Part shown: piece by piece, positions 39,933-52,064 of the stretch
How positions within the stretch are numbered: the stretch's first letter is position 1
Layout: every line of letters begins with the position of its first letter
Source of the DNA: Octopus vulgaris
Lineage: Eukaryota
Direction: 5' to 3'
DNA length: 64,000 nt
NCBI GenBank assembly: GCA_951406725.2
Contig: OX597835.1
Span: 42,470,001-42,534,000, forward strand
The notes under the pieces: generated by a model
Databases searched by the model: none
Seen by the model: only the letters and a program-made list of their open reading frames with translations
What the model was told of the DNA's origin: nothing
Position numbers and translations under genes: made by a program

Positions 39933-40013
<81 letters not shown>

Positions 40014-40399
40014 ATGGACTCTCCTGTCAGTTTCGACATATGAGGATGATATATATATATATATATATATCACCATTGCTATCTATCTTCATAACCAACA
40101 TCATTATCATCATCATCAACATCTTCCACCTCCTCCATATCATCATTTTCTATCCATTTCTCCACCCTTTTATGTGTGTGTGTATATATATATATCTATA
40201 TATATATACACAAATATATATATATATGATAATAAAAAGTAACAACAAAACCTTGATATTAGATAAATAGCGGACAAGAATGCATCATATGTCTTCGCTC
40301 CAACATTTGAAACTCTGAGTACTATAATGACAACTTTTTACTGTTTGTTCTAAATTATAACATATATACATATACATATCTATATATACATATATACAT

Positions 40400-40459
<60 letters not shown>

Positions 40460-40477
40460 TCATCATCATCATCATCG

Positions 40478-40700
40478 TTTAACGTCCGCTTTCCATGCTA
40501 GCATGGGTTGGACGGTTCAACTGGGGTCTGGGAAGCCCGAAGGCTGCACCAGGCCAGTCAGATGTGGCAGTGTTTCTACAGCTGGATGCCCTTCCTAACG
40601 CCAACCACTCTGAGAGTGTAGTGGGTGATTTTATGTGCCACCGACACAGGTGCCAGACGAGGCTGGCAGACGGCCACGCTCGGATGGTGTTTTTTATGTG
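40478..40700 (-). mobile_element. Young family C copy
   Basis: Nearly identical to 49758-49975. Confidence 0.85.
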
Positions 40701-41174
40701 CGTCTTCATATCTTTAGTATCATATGTATAGAATACACAAAAGCATAGGGAGGCACCATTGTGACTGATGTTCTACTGTCAATGAATTACGGAATAACAT
40801 TCAGGTTACGATATGACAAATCCATATTATTTGGGAAATTAAGTACTTTGGCCAGCTGGTGGTTGAAAATTCCTCAGTAAGTGTCGATGAAGAGGCTTGC
40901 AAGGATTCACCAGTTCCAATCTAATATTCAAAATGGCAAAATGTTATGATAATGCATTATACTTTCTGCATATTCTGCAGGCAGCTCATCATTTTACAAT
41001 ATTTGAAATGTTTACTTGTAATAATTTACTAATCCTATGAATGCATGCATTAGCTTGTAAATGCATAGTAAAGTGTCAAGATAGATACGTGGATGTTTAT
41101 CTTATGTAGCTGTAGTTTTGAAAGGGAACAAACTGGATCAATTTTGGTGTGTTAATCAATGGCAGTTATATATA

Positions 41175-41217
<43 letters not shown>

Positions 41218-41219
<2 letters not shown>

Positions 41220-41498
41220 ATAAATATTAGGGAATGAATCCAAAATTACAGGGAAAAATCAGATTTAGGGTTAAATCCAATTTATAGTAAAATATTATAT
41301 AATATAATTCGAGACAAAACCACTATTTTAAAACCAAACAAGGAAAGACTTAATCAATACATAAAATTTTAATATAAATTAAATAAACCGCCACTACAAA
41401 TGTTTCATGTCTGCTCCGACAATCTTCAGGTGGATTTTCGATCTTCCAATCAGTATCAAATTTTATGTTTGGTTTTAAAATATGGTTTTGTCTCGAAT

Positions 41499-41510
<12 letters not shown>
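41218..41510. mobile_element. Family P copy with a 45-bp inverted repeat enclosing a hammerhead motif
   Basis: Arms 41296-41340 and 41466-41509 (one indel); (TA)n on both sides. Confidence 0.75.
41391..41433 (-). ncRNA. Type I minimal hammerhead ribozyme motif (Penelope-type)
   Basis: Minus strand CCAC-CUGAAGA-U-UGUC-GGAGCA-GACA-U-GAAA-C-AUUU-GUA-GUGG: stem I CCAC/GUGG, intact CUGANGA and GAAA, stem II UGUC/GACA, very short stem III, GUA cleavage triplet. Confidence 0.65.
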
Positions 41511-41555
<45 letters not shown>

Positions 41556-41570
41556 GTATACTATTATATA

Positions 41571-41641
<71 letters not shown>

Positions 41642-42500
41642 TATACATGTATACTATTAATAGTAGTATATATACTCAGTCAATGGCAATTATACATGTG
41701 TGAATATATATATGTATACACTCATTGCCACACAAACATACATGTATACATACAAGCTTACAGACTGACATTTATAACACACACACATATAAATATAGCT
41801 ATAAATATATATATATATATATATATGTATGTATATTTAAGCATATGCATAGAATATGTAAGTAGAGCAGTAAAAAAGTCTGCAAGAATATTTCATGTTC
41901 ATACATGTATTGATATATATATGTATGTATATGTATGTATATATATATATATATATGTATGTATGTAAATACATATATTTACATATATATATACATACAT
42001 ATAAACATATATACATACACATACAGATATATGTATGTATGTATGTGTATAAATATTATTTATATAATCGCTTAAATTTAGCAACAGAACAGGTGATTTA
42101 TGTTACTAAATGGTTTCATGATGTTGAATCTTCCATCTGTTGGGAGATAAATTAACAATCATCGGACTTTCCCATCTGGCCATTTCTGATGATCGTAAAT
42201 TTATTTATCCACAATTGAAGAGACTTTCTGCATGAAACCTTCCAGGAACATAAATTGGCTGTTATGAGGCTAAATACATATTAAATAAACAATATAATCC
42301 TTCTATAACTTAAAATACAAGTGCTTTTTTTTTTCTGAATACTGAAACTTATTGAATAACTATAAATGTATAACAATTGCAACAACTATAGCTATAACAA
42401 AAATAGCTATTCTTGATATCAAAGAAATTTTAATGAAATAACAATTTCCTTTTTAAATCCTTCATTGTCGTGATGTTTTTTAAATTATTTACTTTTATAG

Positions 42501-42543
42501 AAACAGTTGCAGTCTCGAAGTAAATTGCCTCGGCGGCTAGAAG
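42501..42543 (+). other. Candidate 43-nt internal exon
   Basis: tttacttttatAG acceptor, AAG|GTGAGA donor, open frame KQLQSRSKLPRRLE, CpG-containing island in AT-rich unique sequence. No homology recognised. Confidence 0.3.
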
Positions 42544-43549
42544 GTGAGACGGTCACCTCGCATTCTGCTTCCTTCCTTTCATAGCAACCCAATTTATACT
42601 AATTTATTCAAGAACTTTTAAGTAACAGGAATGTTTGTAAACTGAAAAAAAAAATAAATACATGAAAAAAATAAAACTAAAAAAATAAAATTAACTAAAA
42701 TAAAATTTTAAATGAATTTCAATCACCAGAAATCAATGAAATGTTTTTAAAAAATCATGTGATAACTATTTTAGAAAAGAAAAAAAATTCACAAAATGTT
42801 ATAAAAAAATCAATATAATTTTGAATATTTTTTAAGGAATTCTAAAGTGGTTTGCCATATCTGTAGAACTAAATTCCAAAAGAGACATTTATGGTTTATT
42901 TTAAAATAAATTCTTACAGTATATCTCTAAGATATACAACCTGCAAATTTCAAAAGCTAGAAATAGCAGTCACACCTCACACAAACCATGCCTTGTTGCC
43001 TTAAATATAAAAAAAAAAATCAAGTCATACAGACTCTTAAAGAAATGGAATGGTCCCAGCTGGAATGCTTTTAATCATAGGTCAATCCACTCAGCCCTCC
43101 CCTGAGGCTAAAGAACAACAAAAACATAGTCAATGCTGGAACATCTTTGATCATAGGTCTACTCAGCCAGTTCTGTCCTAGGCTTTCTCGTTCCTTTTAT
43201 TCATGAGGAATTACAAAGATACTGCTGCACAGTGTCGAACTGCCGAAAGGACCCCCTGCATGCAAGGTCAAAGTTGAAAACTCCCATTGCACCTTCCACC
43301 TCTCTCCATCTTCTCTTTCCCCATCACAACTGTATTTATGAAGAAAAGTGTGATGACGTAGGTGTGGTGGTTTCTTGACCATCCTCCATGATGACAATCC
43401 TGATGATGGTGGCCATGGTTTGTGCAGTGCCAGTCCCACTCTCTTGGCATTCAGGCTTGTAAAGGTTTGTTGCAACAAGTGCAGAAAGCCCAGCAGTTAC
43501 CAGGAGGCAGGATTTGTACAGAGTTATCTTATCTTAGATAAGCAACTAA

Positions 43550-44280
43550 AGAACTGAGAGGCCTCATCTGCCTTGGGTCCATTGGTGTGTCAGTGAGTGG
43601 CCTTCATCTGGGGGCAATTCCATGACATGCTAATTAACCTACAGCTAGGACTCTGATGGGTGCTGCTATTCCGGGTCAGAGTAGACTTGGGAACAACAAT
43701 GGCTAAGAGATGATTCCACATTCCTCAAAACCCTAAGACTTCTGAACCAGTGTCCCATGGCCAGAAACAGTTTAAAATCAGACCCAAGATAAGCTGTAAT
43801 ATAAATGAACCTGATTAACTAATTACTGCTCACAATGATGACATAGTTCTAAGATATTGTTCTAGTTTAGCCATGAGTTGAACCCTTATTAAGAAGACCT
43901 TATGATCAGAGAAGTTCCAGTAATGACCATCCTGTCTTATTAGGGATATCTAGACAACTTTACCTTATAGGTCTCCCTTCCTGCTAATTTCATTCACAAA
44001 GCATTGTTCAACCTAAGCCTTTATTAGAAGTCACTTACCCAAGGTTCTCTTAGATGAACTGCTAAAGAGCTGAAGGGATTCATCTGCCTTGGGTCCATTG
44101 GGGTGACTATAAGTGGCCTTCATCAGTAGGCAATTCCATGACATGCTAATTAACTTATAACTAGGACCCTGACAGGTCTACCACTCTGGGTCAGGAGAGA
44201 CTCGGGAGCAATAGTCACTAAGAGGTGGTTCCACCCAATGCCCCACAACCAGATATAGTTTAAAGTCAGACCCTGGATAA
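43550..44280. repeat. Two direct copies (about 43550-43792 and 44065-44280) of a 210-240-bp repeat
   Basis: catctgccttgggtccattgg...gcaattccatgacatgctaattaac...gggtcag...gtttaaa.tcagaccc is present twice. Confidence 0.8.
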
Positions 44281-45237
44281 TTTTCTAGAATAATCCTTTA
44301 AAATATCTCTGAGAAATTCTTATTTAGACTCTATAATTTCAGTTTTATCTACATTCCTGTTACAAGTTCTAGGAAATTTTTTCTTACTTCAAGATTTGGC
44401 TTGAAAAATAAAAACTACAAAAAAAAAAAGAAAAAAAGAAAAAGATAAAACACAAAACAAATCTTTGCTTTTTCTCCTTTTTGAAAAATTTTTCTTCGAA
44501 AATTATTGCACCTTGATGATTTTTTTTCTTCTATTAATCAGTTTTTTCAAAATATTTTTTGTATCCCTCTTTTATATTTTCAATAACATTTATTTCTCTT
44601 TCTGAGACAATGCAAAGTGGAATTAGTTGCACATTTGAATACTTAGCAAAATAAAATTTTTTTAAAATAATAAAAAGATTTTTTTGGATGCTTAAAAAAA
44701 AAAAAAAAAAAAAAATTTTTTTTAAATATTTTCTGCGCACTGACTAAAATATCGGATGAAGTGGAAATGTCTGACTGGATCAGTGGGGATGGGTAGAGGG
44801 GATGTTTTCAATCTCTTTCTCTCTTTGATAACTGTTTGCCACCAGCTGCGATTTTTTAATTAAATACCAATGCATGCATTTTTTACTCTGCATATGCTAA
44901 CACTATTGATTAGTCATATATAAACACCCAAATATACATACATTATAATATATTCATATATATACAGATACATGTGTATTTATATATACATTATATACAT
45001 ACATAAATATATATGTATACATACACACATATATATACACATACATACATATATATACACATACATAGATACATACATATATATATATATATATATACAC
45101 TGTAAATATATATATTACATATATATATGTATATATACTGTATATATATATATATATATATATATATGCATGTGTATGTAGAGTATACAATATTTAGCAT
45201 AATAATCTATTGTTTATATACATTTTCCCACAAATCC

Positions 45238-45285
<48 letters not shown>

Positions 45286-46440
45286 TCACACAAAGACATA
45301 CAGATAGATGGACAGACAGACAGACAAGCGTGCAGTTGAAAACTTAATTCTTAAGATGATGGAACAGTTTGGTTCTATACCCAGATGAGAATCACTGGAT
45401 GTTTCATATAAGACACAGTTATATGTACTTTTAGTCATATCCACTAAACAGTTAAGGTTTATATGTTTCATATGGAAATAAAGAATAAACAATTCAACAA
45501 CAACTGGACAGGTTTTTAGCAAATTGATAGCATAACATGGAGATGCAAGTTGCCAAAAATTATCAGTGAAAATCTGAAAAAAAACTTTTGACTCAACCAG
45601 GTAAAATTTGCTCTGTTTCTAATTATACTATATGTTACATATTTATTACATCATACCTTGATACTGTGTGGACTAAGATCCCCGTTGACAGGTCGCTGGC
45701 ATTTATAGAGTGTTTAAACACTTTTGGTATGCAAATTAGGGACTCCTTCATAGAGTAACTGCTGCATTTGTTGAATATATAAACAGTTTGGCTGCATGTT
45801 TCTCTGGAGACTGTCAGAATGATGAAAATGCCTCTGGTCAGAACCCAATCAGGTTCAATCCCTAACTGTGTTCTTGAGCAAGACACTTTATTCCACTGGT
45901 GTCATGCCTTTCCCTTGGACATGGAGAGGCAACTGCTGGTCTTCCATAAACAACATTGTCCAGACTTGTGCCCTGGAGGGGAACTTTCTAGGTACAATCC
46001 TATGGTCATTCATGATAGAAGGGAGTCTTTACCCCATATATATATATAGTAATATAAATGTATATATATAACTCAAACACTCACATATTAATAAGCATGT
46101 ATTGGAGGAGTTATATATAATCTTATTATTGCGTTCATATGATATAAGATATAAGATGACAATGATGGTCTCTCCTGTTGAAGACAATGAAGGAGTGTCC
46201 AGCTTTTGCCGAGAGACTTGTACAAATGATTTGTTTGCAGCAGTCAAATGTATGTGGCTGTACATTAGCTCATCCCTGCCCCATCAAATCGATGTTACCT
46301 GAACAGGTGCAAAGTGCACTACATGTCAGGTGTCAAAGATAAGGTGTTTTGCTCAAGAAGACAATGCACTGCCTGGTCTAGGAATTGAAACCACAATCTC
46401 ACAATCATGAGTGCAACACACTAACCACTAGGCCACGTGT

Positions 46441-46488
<48 letters not shown>

Positions 46489-46985
46489 ACACATACACAC
46501 ACAAGCTCACATCTATGGCTAAAATTTTAAAAAAAACCTAAATAAAAAAAATTAAGAATACAAAGAATTTTTTCCCTATTTCAACTTTGCACTTTTGGCT
46601 TCCAACTCTTTTACTCCTTGAATCTTTTAATTCTTGCACTGTTGCACGGTTGACTCGTAGAAAGATTGCTGATATTCACCATTCTTTTACATTTCTCACC
46701 TTTTTCCAATTCTTCTTAATCTTTCACTTTTTCCATATATTTTTTTGATCTTTGTTCTTATTGTTCTTCTTTGGTCTTCTTGTTTTTTTCCTTCTTTGTT
46801 AATTTCTTTTTCCTCCTCCTTTCTTTTATGTCTCCTGTTTTCCTCCCCCCAATGAAAAAGTTATCTCCCCTATTTCAGCCCTCTTATTACAACTCTCTCT
46901 CTCTCTTTCTCTGTCTCTCTCTCTCCCCCCACCCTCTCTGTTCAACCTATTTCTACCAGATTGGTGTCACATCTTACTATATAAT

Positions 46986-47180
46986 CCTTTCTACTTAAGG
47001 TACAAGGCCTGAAATTTTGGGGGAGAGGACTTGTTTAACTGGTACTTAATTTATCAGCCCCGAAACGATGTAAAGCAAAGGTGACCTTGGCGGATTTGAA
47101 CTCAGAATGTAAGGACGGACGAAATGCCGCTAAGCATTTTGACTGGCGCACTAATGATTCTGCCAGCTCGTCACCTTAAC
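46986..47180 (-). mobile_element. SINE family A copy with a 14-bp TSD
   Basis: TSD tcttactatataat at 46972-46985 and 47181-47194. Confidence 0.85.
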
Positions 47181-47282
47181 TCTTACTATATAATTGAGTT
47201 AACACTATGATACTAAGACACTATAATATTCTTCTCTAGGTACAAGGCCTGAAATTCTGGGAGAGGGGACTAGTTGATTGCA

Positions 47283-47790
47283 TTCAAGCCTCTTCTCCTT
47301 ATCTCCTCAAAGACATACAGCATCTCGAAAGAGTCCAGAAGCTGGCTACCCGCATGGTTCTTGGTCTCAAGCATTTGTCTTATGAAGAAAGGCTGAAGAC
47401 GCTCGACCTTTATTCTCTAGAAAAACGCCGCCGCCGTGGTGATCTCATTCTTGCTCACAGCATCATAAGCGGAAAGTGTAACCTCTCGAAAGAGCTGTTC
47501 TTCACTCCTGCTCCAGAGCGTCAGCTGTGGGGTCACTCCAAAAGCTCTATCTGCAACGATTTCATCTCAATCGAAGGAGAGGGGCTTTCTCCGTCTGAGC
47601 TGCGGATCCGTGGAATAAGCTGCCGGATGAGATGGTGAAGATGCCGACGACCGCTCGGTTCAAAGTCTCCCTTGACCACAAATGGCCTGAACTCTTTACA
47701 TGAACACCACCCTGTACTTAACTCCATGTCCCCCTACATGGCCTTGCTTTTTGCTTTTTGAGCCAAAAAAGCAACTAACTAACTAACTAA
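47283..47790 (+). mobile_element. 5'-truncated CR1-clade LINE (RT C-terminus, 3' UTR, (CTAA)n tail) inserted into a family A SINE
   Basis: SPYLLKDIQHLERVQKLATRMVLGLKHLSYEERLKTLDLYSLEKRRRRGDLI...WNKLPDEMV...FKVSLD, the canonical CR1 LE.VQ.RATK..Y.ERL..L.L.SL..RR.RGDLI / WN.LP motifs. Confidence 0.9.
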
Positions 47791-48170
47791 CATGAACCCC
47801 TTTGCTTGGCTGGTACTTATTTTATTGGCCCTGAAAGGATGAAAAGCAATGTCTGTCTTGTCAGCATTTGAACTGAGAATGTAAAATTGGAAGCAATGCT
47901 GCTAAGCACTTAACGAGATATGCTAATGATTTTACCAGGTAAAATGCCACAAGGTGGCAAACTGGCTGACTTGTAAAGGATGCTGGACAAAATGCTAAAT
48001 GGCATTTCATCTGATTTTCTGTTCTCAGTTCAAATACTGCCGGGGTCAACTTTGCCTGTTATCCTTTCGGGGTTAATGAAATATGTACCAGTTAAGCACT
48101 GGGGTTGATGTAATTGACTCTCACCCCACTCCACCAGAATTTTAGGCCTTGTGCCTACAACAGAAAGGAC
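47791..48170. mobile_element. Head-to-head inverted pair of SINE family A copies
   Basis: Minus copy 47791-47950 and plus copy 47951-48170 meet at tgccac-aag-gtggca. Confidence 0.7.
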
Positions 48171-48675
48171 ATGAAAACACTGTGACACTGTTGTACGGTA
48201 TATTTAGATGCTAAGATACTGTTACTAAAACGGCACTCAGATACTAAATCACTATGAATCTATGACACTCAGACATTTGTATACTATGACACTGCAATAC
48301 TCTGAAACTATGATATCATGATATTATGAAACTGTAATATGATACTATGAAAGTATGACACTCAGATACTATGACTCTATCATACTATATCACTGAGATA
48401 TTATAATAATAAGAGTGTATGACACTAAAACACCATGATACTATGTTGCTTTGACGCTAAGCATGATACTAACACTATAATACTATAATAGTATGATTCT
48501 AAGATACTAAGACAATGATACTATGACCCTTAGATACCATTTTACCTCGAGACTATAACACTATGATAAAATGACAGTATGGTACTATGACACTATGGTA
48601 TTATGATACTACGACACTACAATACTACAGTACTATGATACTATGGCACTATGACTCTATGACTCTAAGGTACTA
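48170..48675. repeat. Degenerate 8-bp-based tandem repeat (gatactat/gacactat)
   Basis: Recurring actatgatact and actatgacact. Confidence 0.8.
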
Positions 48676-48769
48676 TTTCTTTGATAGGTGACACTATACC
48701 CTACCCTCAATCAACTAACATATTGTTCCTTCTTTCAAGTTGGTCAAAAATGATGGAGTGGAGAGAGTA

Positions 48770-49712
48770 TCATCTCAGCCAGTTCCAAGAAATGGTGGGT
48801 GGGTGGGTGGGAACATTATAGTAGTGGTAGAATAGGCAGAGAGAGATGAGACAGTACACCTGGAGACTATAGTGTGTCTATGACTGGTTTTATGCCAGTC
48901 CCTTGAGTGGTCCTTTTCTGGAATATGGATTAAGATGTCTGTGTGTGCAACTACAAGACTACAGTCCCAGACTTGAGAAAAACACATCCGTTGAAGGGAA
49001 CCACCTGGTCTTTACTGAGTATCAATATTTATTGCGGGAGGGAAGTATTTTGTCCTCAAGTGAAAGGCCAGTTGTTTTGGATGTGGTCCTTTGTTAATAT
49101 GTGCTTTTGCTAGGAGAGGTTTTCATTGATAGTGAGGTCCAGTATTTATTAAGCAACCATTAAAACTCCAATTGAGGGCTGCTCATTAATTAATGAGAGG
49201 TGTTGTGTGATAATATATTTCTCAATAGGAGTAGCATTTGTGTTTTCTAGCTGTTGAAAGAGATAAGATTGGCACCTCTCCATTGGAGGTCTCTATTCAT
49301 GGAGTCAGTGATGTTTAGTGGTGTGATGTCCAGGTTGGAATGGGGTGATGCATGGTTGGAGAATGTTCTTGAGGAATGGAGAGTAGGAGTCATTCGTGTA
49401 AGTATGGGTGTTGCAGGATGTGGTGGTAAGTAAGTTATGGACGGAAAGAAAGGAATGAGGGACAACGGTGAACCATGGGTCTGTGTCAGAGTTCACAGAA
49501 CGAGGAACACAAACAGCTTCATTATCACACATTACTAATAAGAAGTTAGCAATCCAAGAGATGAGAGATGGGTGGAACCCTTGGGCGTGTGGTAGTTTTG
49601 AGAAGAAATTTTCATGCTAAACATGGTTGAAAGTATTGTTGATGTCAAGAACAACTAAGTTGCTTTCATCAAATTTCTTCAAGGTGAGAACTCAATTGTA
49701 AGTAATGACTGG
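48770..49712 (-). mobile_element. Old CR1/L2-group LINE reverse transcriptase relic
   Basis: Minus-strand peptide VVLDINNTFNHV*HENFFSKLP...GFHPSLISWIANFL...VNSD...THTYTNDS...NLISFNS*KTQ parallels ALDISKAFDRVWH..L.KL / YADDS / N.V.FNASKTQ. Confidence 0.65.
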
Positions 49713-49757
49713 AGATTGATATATATCTCTATCATCATCATCATCATCATCATCATC

Positions 49758-50034
49758 GTTTAACGTCCGCTTTCCATGCTAGCATGGGTTGGACGGTTCA
49801 ACTGGGGTCTGGCGAGCCCGAAGGCTGCACCAGGCCAGTCAGATCTGGCAGTGTTTCTACAGCTGGATGCCCTTCCTAACGCCAACCACTCCGAGAGTGT
49901 AGTGGGTGTTTTTTATGTGCCACCGACACAGGTGCCAGACGAGGCTGGCAGACGGCCACGCTCGGATGGTGTTTTTTATGTGCCACCGACACAGGTGCCA
50001 GATGAGGTTGGCGAACGGCCACGATCGGATGGTG
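49758..50034 (-). mobile_element. Young family C copy with a tandem duplicated 62-bp 5' module
   Basis: ttttatgtgccaccgacacaggtgccaga.gagg.tggc..acggccacg.tcggatggtgt occurs twice. Confidence 0.85.
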
Positions 50035-50269
50035 TATATATATATATATATATATATATATGGGGCACAATAAGTAAGATTTATTGCATTTTTGATTTCG
50101 GAAAAAAAAAAATTTTTTTTCCAACAAATATTCACAACCTTACAAAAACTTTATCAGCCAAGCAAATGACTGTCTCTAAATGCAATAAAAACATTACAAC
50201 ATAATCTGAGCACCATTTCAGAGAATTATTTCCATTTTCTCTGAGAATATAAAAGACAAATTTAGATGG

Positions 50270-51385
50270 GCAAAATGAGTAAATCAAGACAAGGTAAACT
50301 TACCACTTCCATTCTCCAGAATTACATTCAGAAATAGACTCGTACACATCAATAGCCATCCATAAACATCAGAAAGAAGAGAAATGCTACAAAAATGAAA
50401 AATATTAAATGAAAGAGGATCATGGGAAAATGACGTATGAAATTTATGAAACTTGACTAAATCTAAAAATTCAACAAACTATTCTCTACAGCTTATAATC
50501 TGCTGGAGTGGTTCTCTTCCTGATATATTTTTATGCAGTTAAAGAGAAGAAGTTATTGAAATTAGTCATTATTCAATTTGTTTTCATTTTGAAGTGATGT
50601 CATGGGAAAAATTACATTCCAAGAATACACCATGGTCTCAATGAAGAAGATCTGAACCAAAGAGTGGAATTTTGTGAGTGGTACTTGGCAAAATGACAAG
50701 AAGATTCACACTTTCCAACAAAGATCGTTTGGGGTGATGAAATTACGATTAAATTAAATGGCTCAATTAACTGCTACAGTTGCACCTGCTGGGAATTTGT
50801 GAATCCCCTTATTCCGCATCATAATTTAATGTTTGTTTCCCATGCTGGCACAGGATGGATGGGTTGACCAAAGCGGGCAAGGTCAGGGGTCGCACCAGGC
50901 TCCATTGTCTGTTCTGGCATGACTTCTACACCTGGGTGCCCTTCCTAATGCCAACCACTTTACAGAGTGTACTGGGTGGTTTTTATGTGACACCAGCACC
51001 AGTATCAATTCTGCTGTGGCGGACAGGCCTTCTTGAGTATAGCCAAGCACCAGACATCTCAGTCCTTTGTCATCTCCTTCGCAAGGCTTGATGTCTTCAG
51101 ATCAGCCTTTGATATTGGGGAGCAATATCATATTAATTTACCAGGTGTTACTGGATAGTGCCGCTTATCATCAAAAGGAATAATTACATGATTCTCTTTT
51201 GACGGTTCCATGACTTCTGTTTTCTTGAACTTGTGACAATCTGCCAAGCCAAGCATGCAAGAGGACTTAAAGATGTGAAGTTTTATTCTCAGTAAGATGG
51301 GAACCCCCCCATACTATCATAGTAATTTAATAAACACTGAATTTATAGTCATTCAATGTGTGTATATATTTTTCGGGACACCCTG
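50270..51385 (+). mobile_element. Degraded Tc1/mariner-superfamily transposase (rosa/DD41D-like) with a nested family C element (about 50825-51110)
   Basis: HGLNEEDLNQRVEFCEWYL...[23 protein letters not shown], then INLPGVT..C.LSSKGII...FDG and FYSQ*DG.PP; right TIR ttttcgggacaccctg. Confidence 0.75.
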
Positions 51386-51936
51386 TGTGTGTGTGTGTGT
51401 ATACAGCTGACAGTTCAAAATGCTTGATGAAGTGTTTGGATGTGTAAGTCATATTATATAATATATTGTATAGAAATAAACATCTGTGCTACCAAGACAT
51501 ACATAACATAATTTAAATGAGAGCTTCACTATTCATGTTCCTATATATATACACATACATGTATGTACAAATATATATTTACACACACATATAGAGTTGG
51601 TCATAGCTAGAATGGCTTTGATCATTGGTAAGTTTGGTTAAATTTGACAGATTGTCAGAAATCAACTGCCAATTCCACAAATTGGTAAGTCACAACATTC
51701 TACAAGACACATTTGATGATAATTTCATTACAATGTTTTAATGCTGAAATGATGTTTTTCTCTCTTCTCTTTCTCTCTCTCCCTCTCTTTCTTTCTCTTT
51801 ATTTCAGCAACGACAGCCCAAGTTTTGGTTCCCGTTTCTATGACAACATCTTATTTAATCTTAAACATTGAAATTACAAAGATATTAATTAACATGAAAT
51901 TTTACAAATTTTCATTATTGGTAGAATGATTTTACA

Positions 51937-52064
51937 CCTTCTCATGCTGTTTTCTTTTTCTTTTTTTATATTTTCCAGGTAAGTTAACGAGATACTTCAT
52001 CAATGTTGCTATCTTCTGTAAGAATATCAGTTATCTAACATTAACGGTAAACATTCAGGTAAGA
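51937..52064 (+). other. Candidate recursive splice site (ratchet point) plus 80-nt RS/cryptic exon 51979-52058
   Basis: CTCAT branch-like motif (51941-51945), about 30-nt polypyrimidine tract, CAG|GTAAGT at 51976-51984, and a second strong donor CAG|GTAAGA at 52056-52064. Confidence 0.55.
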
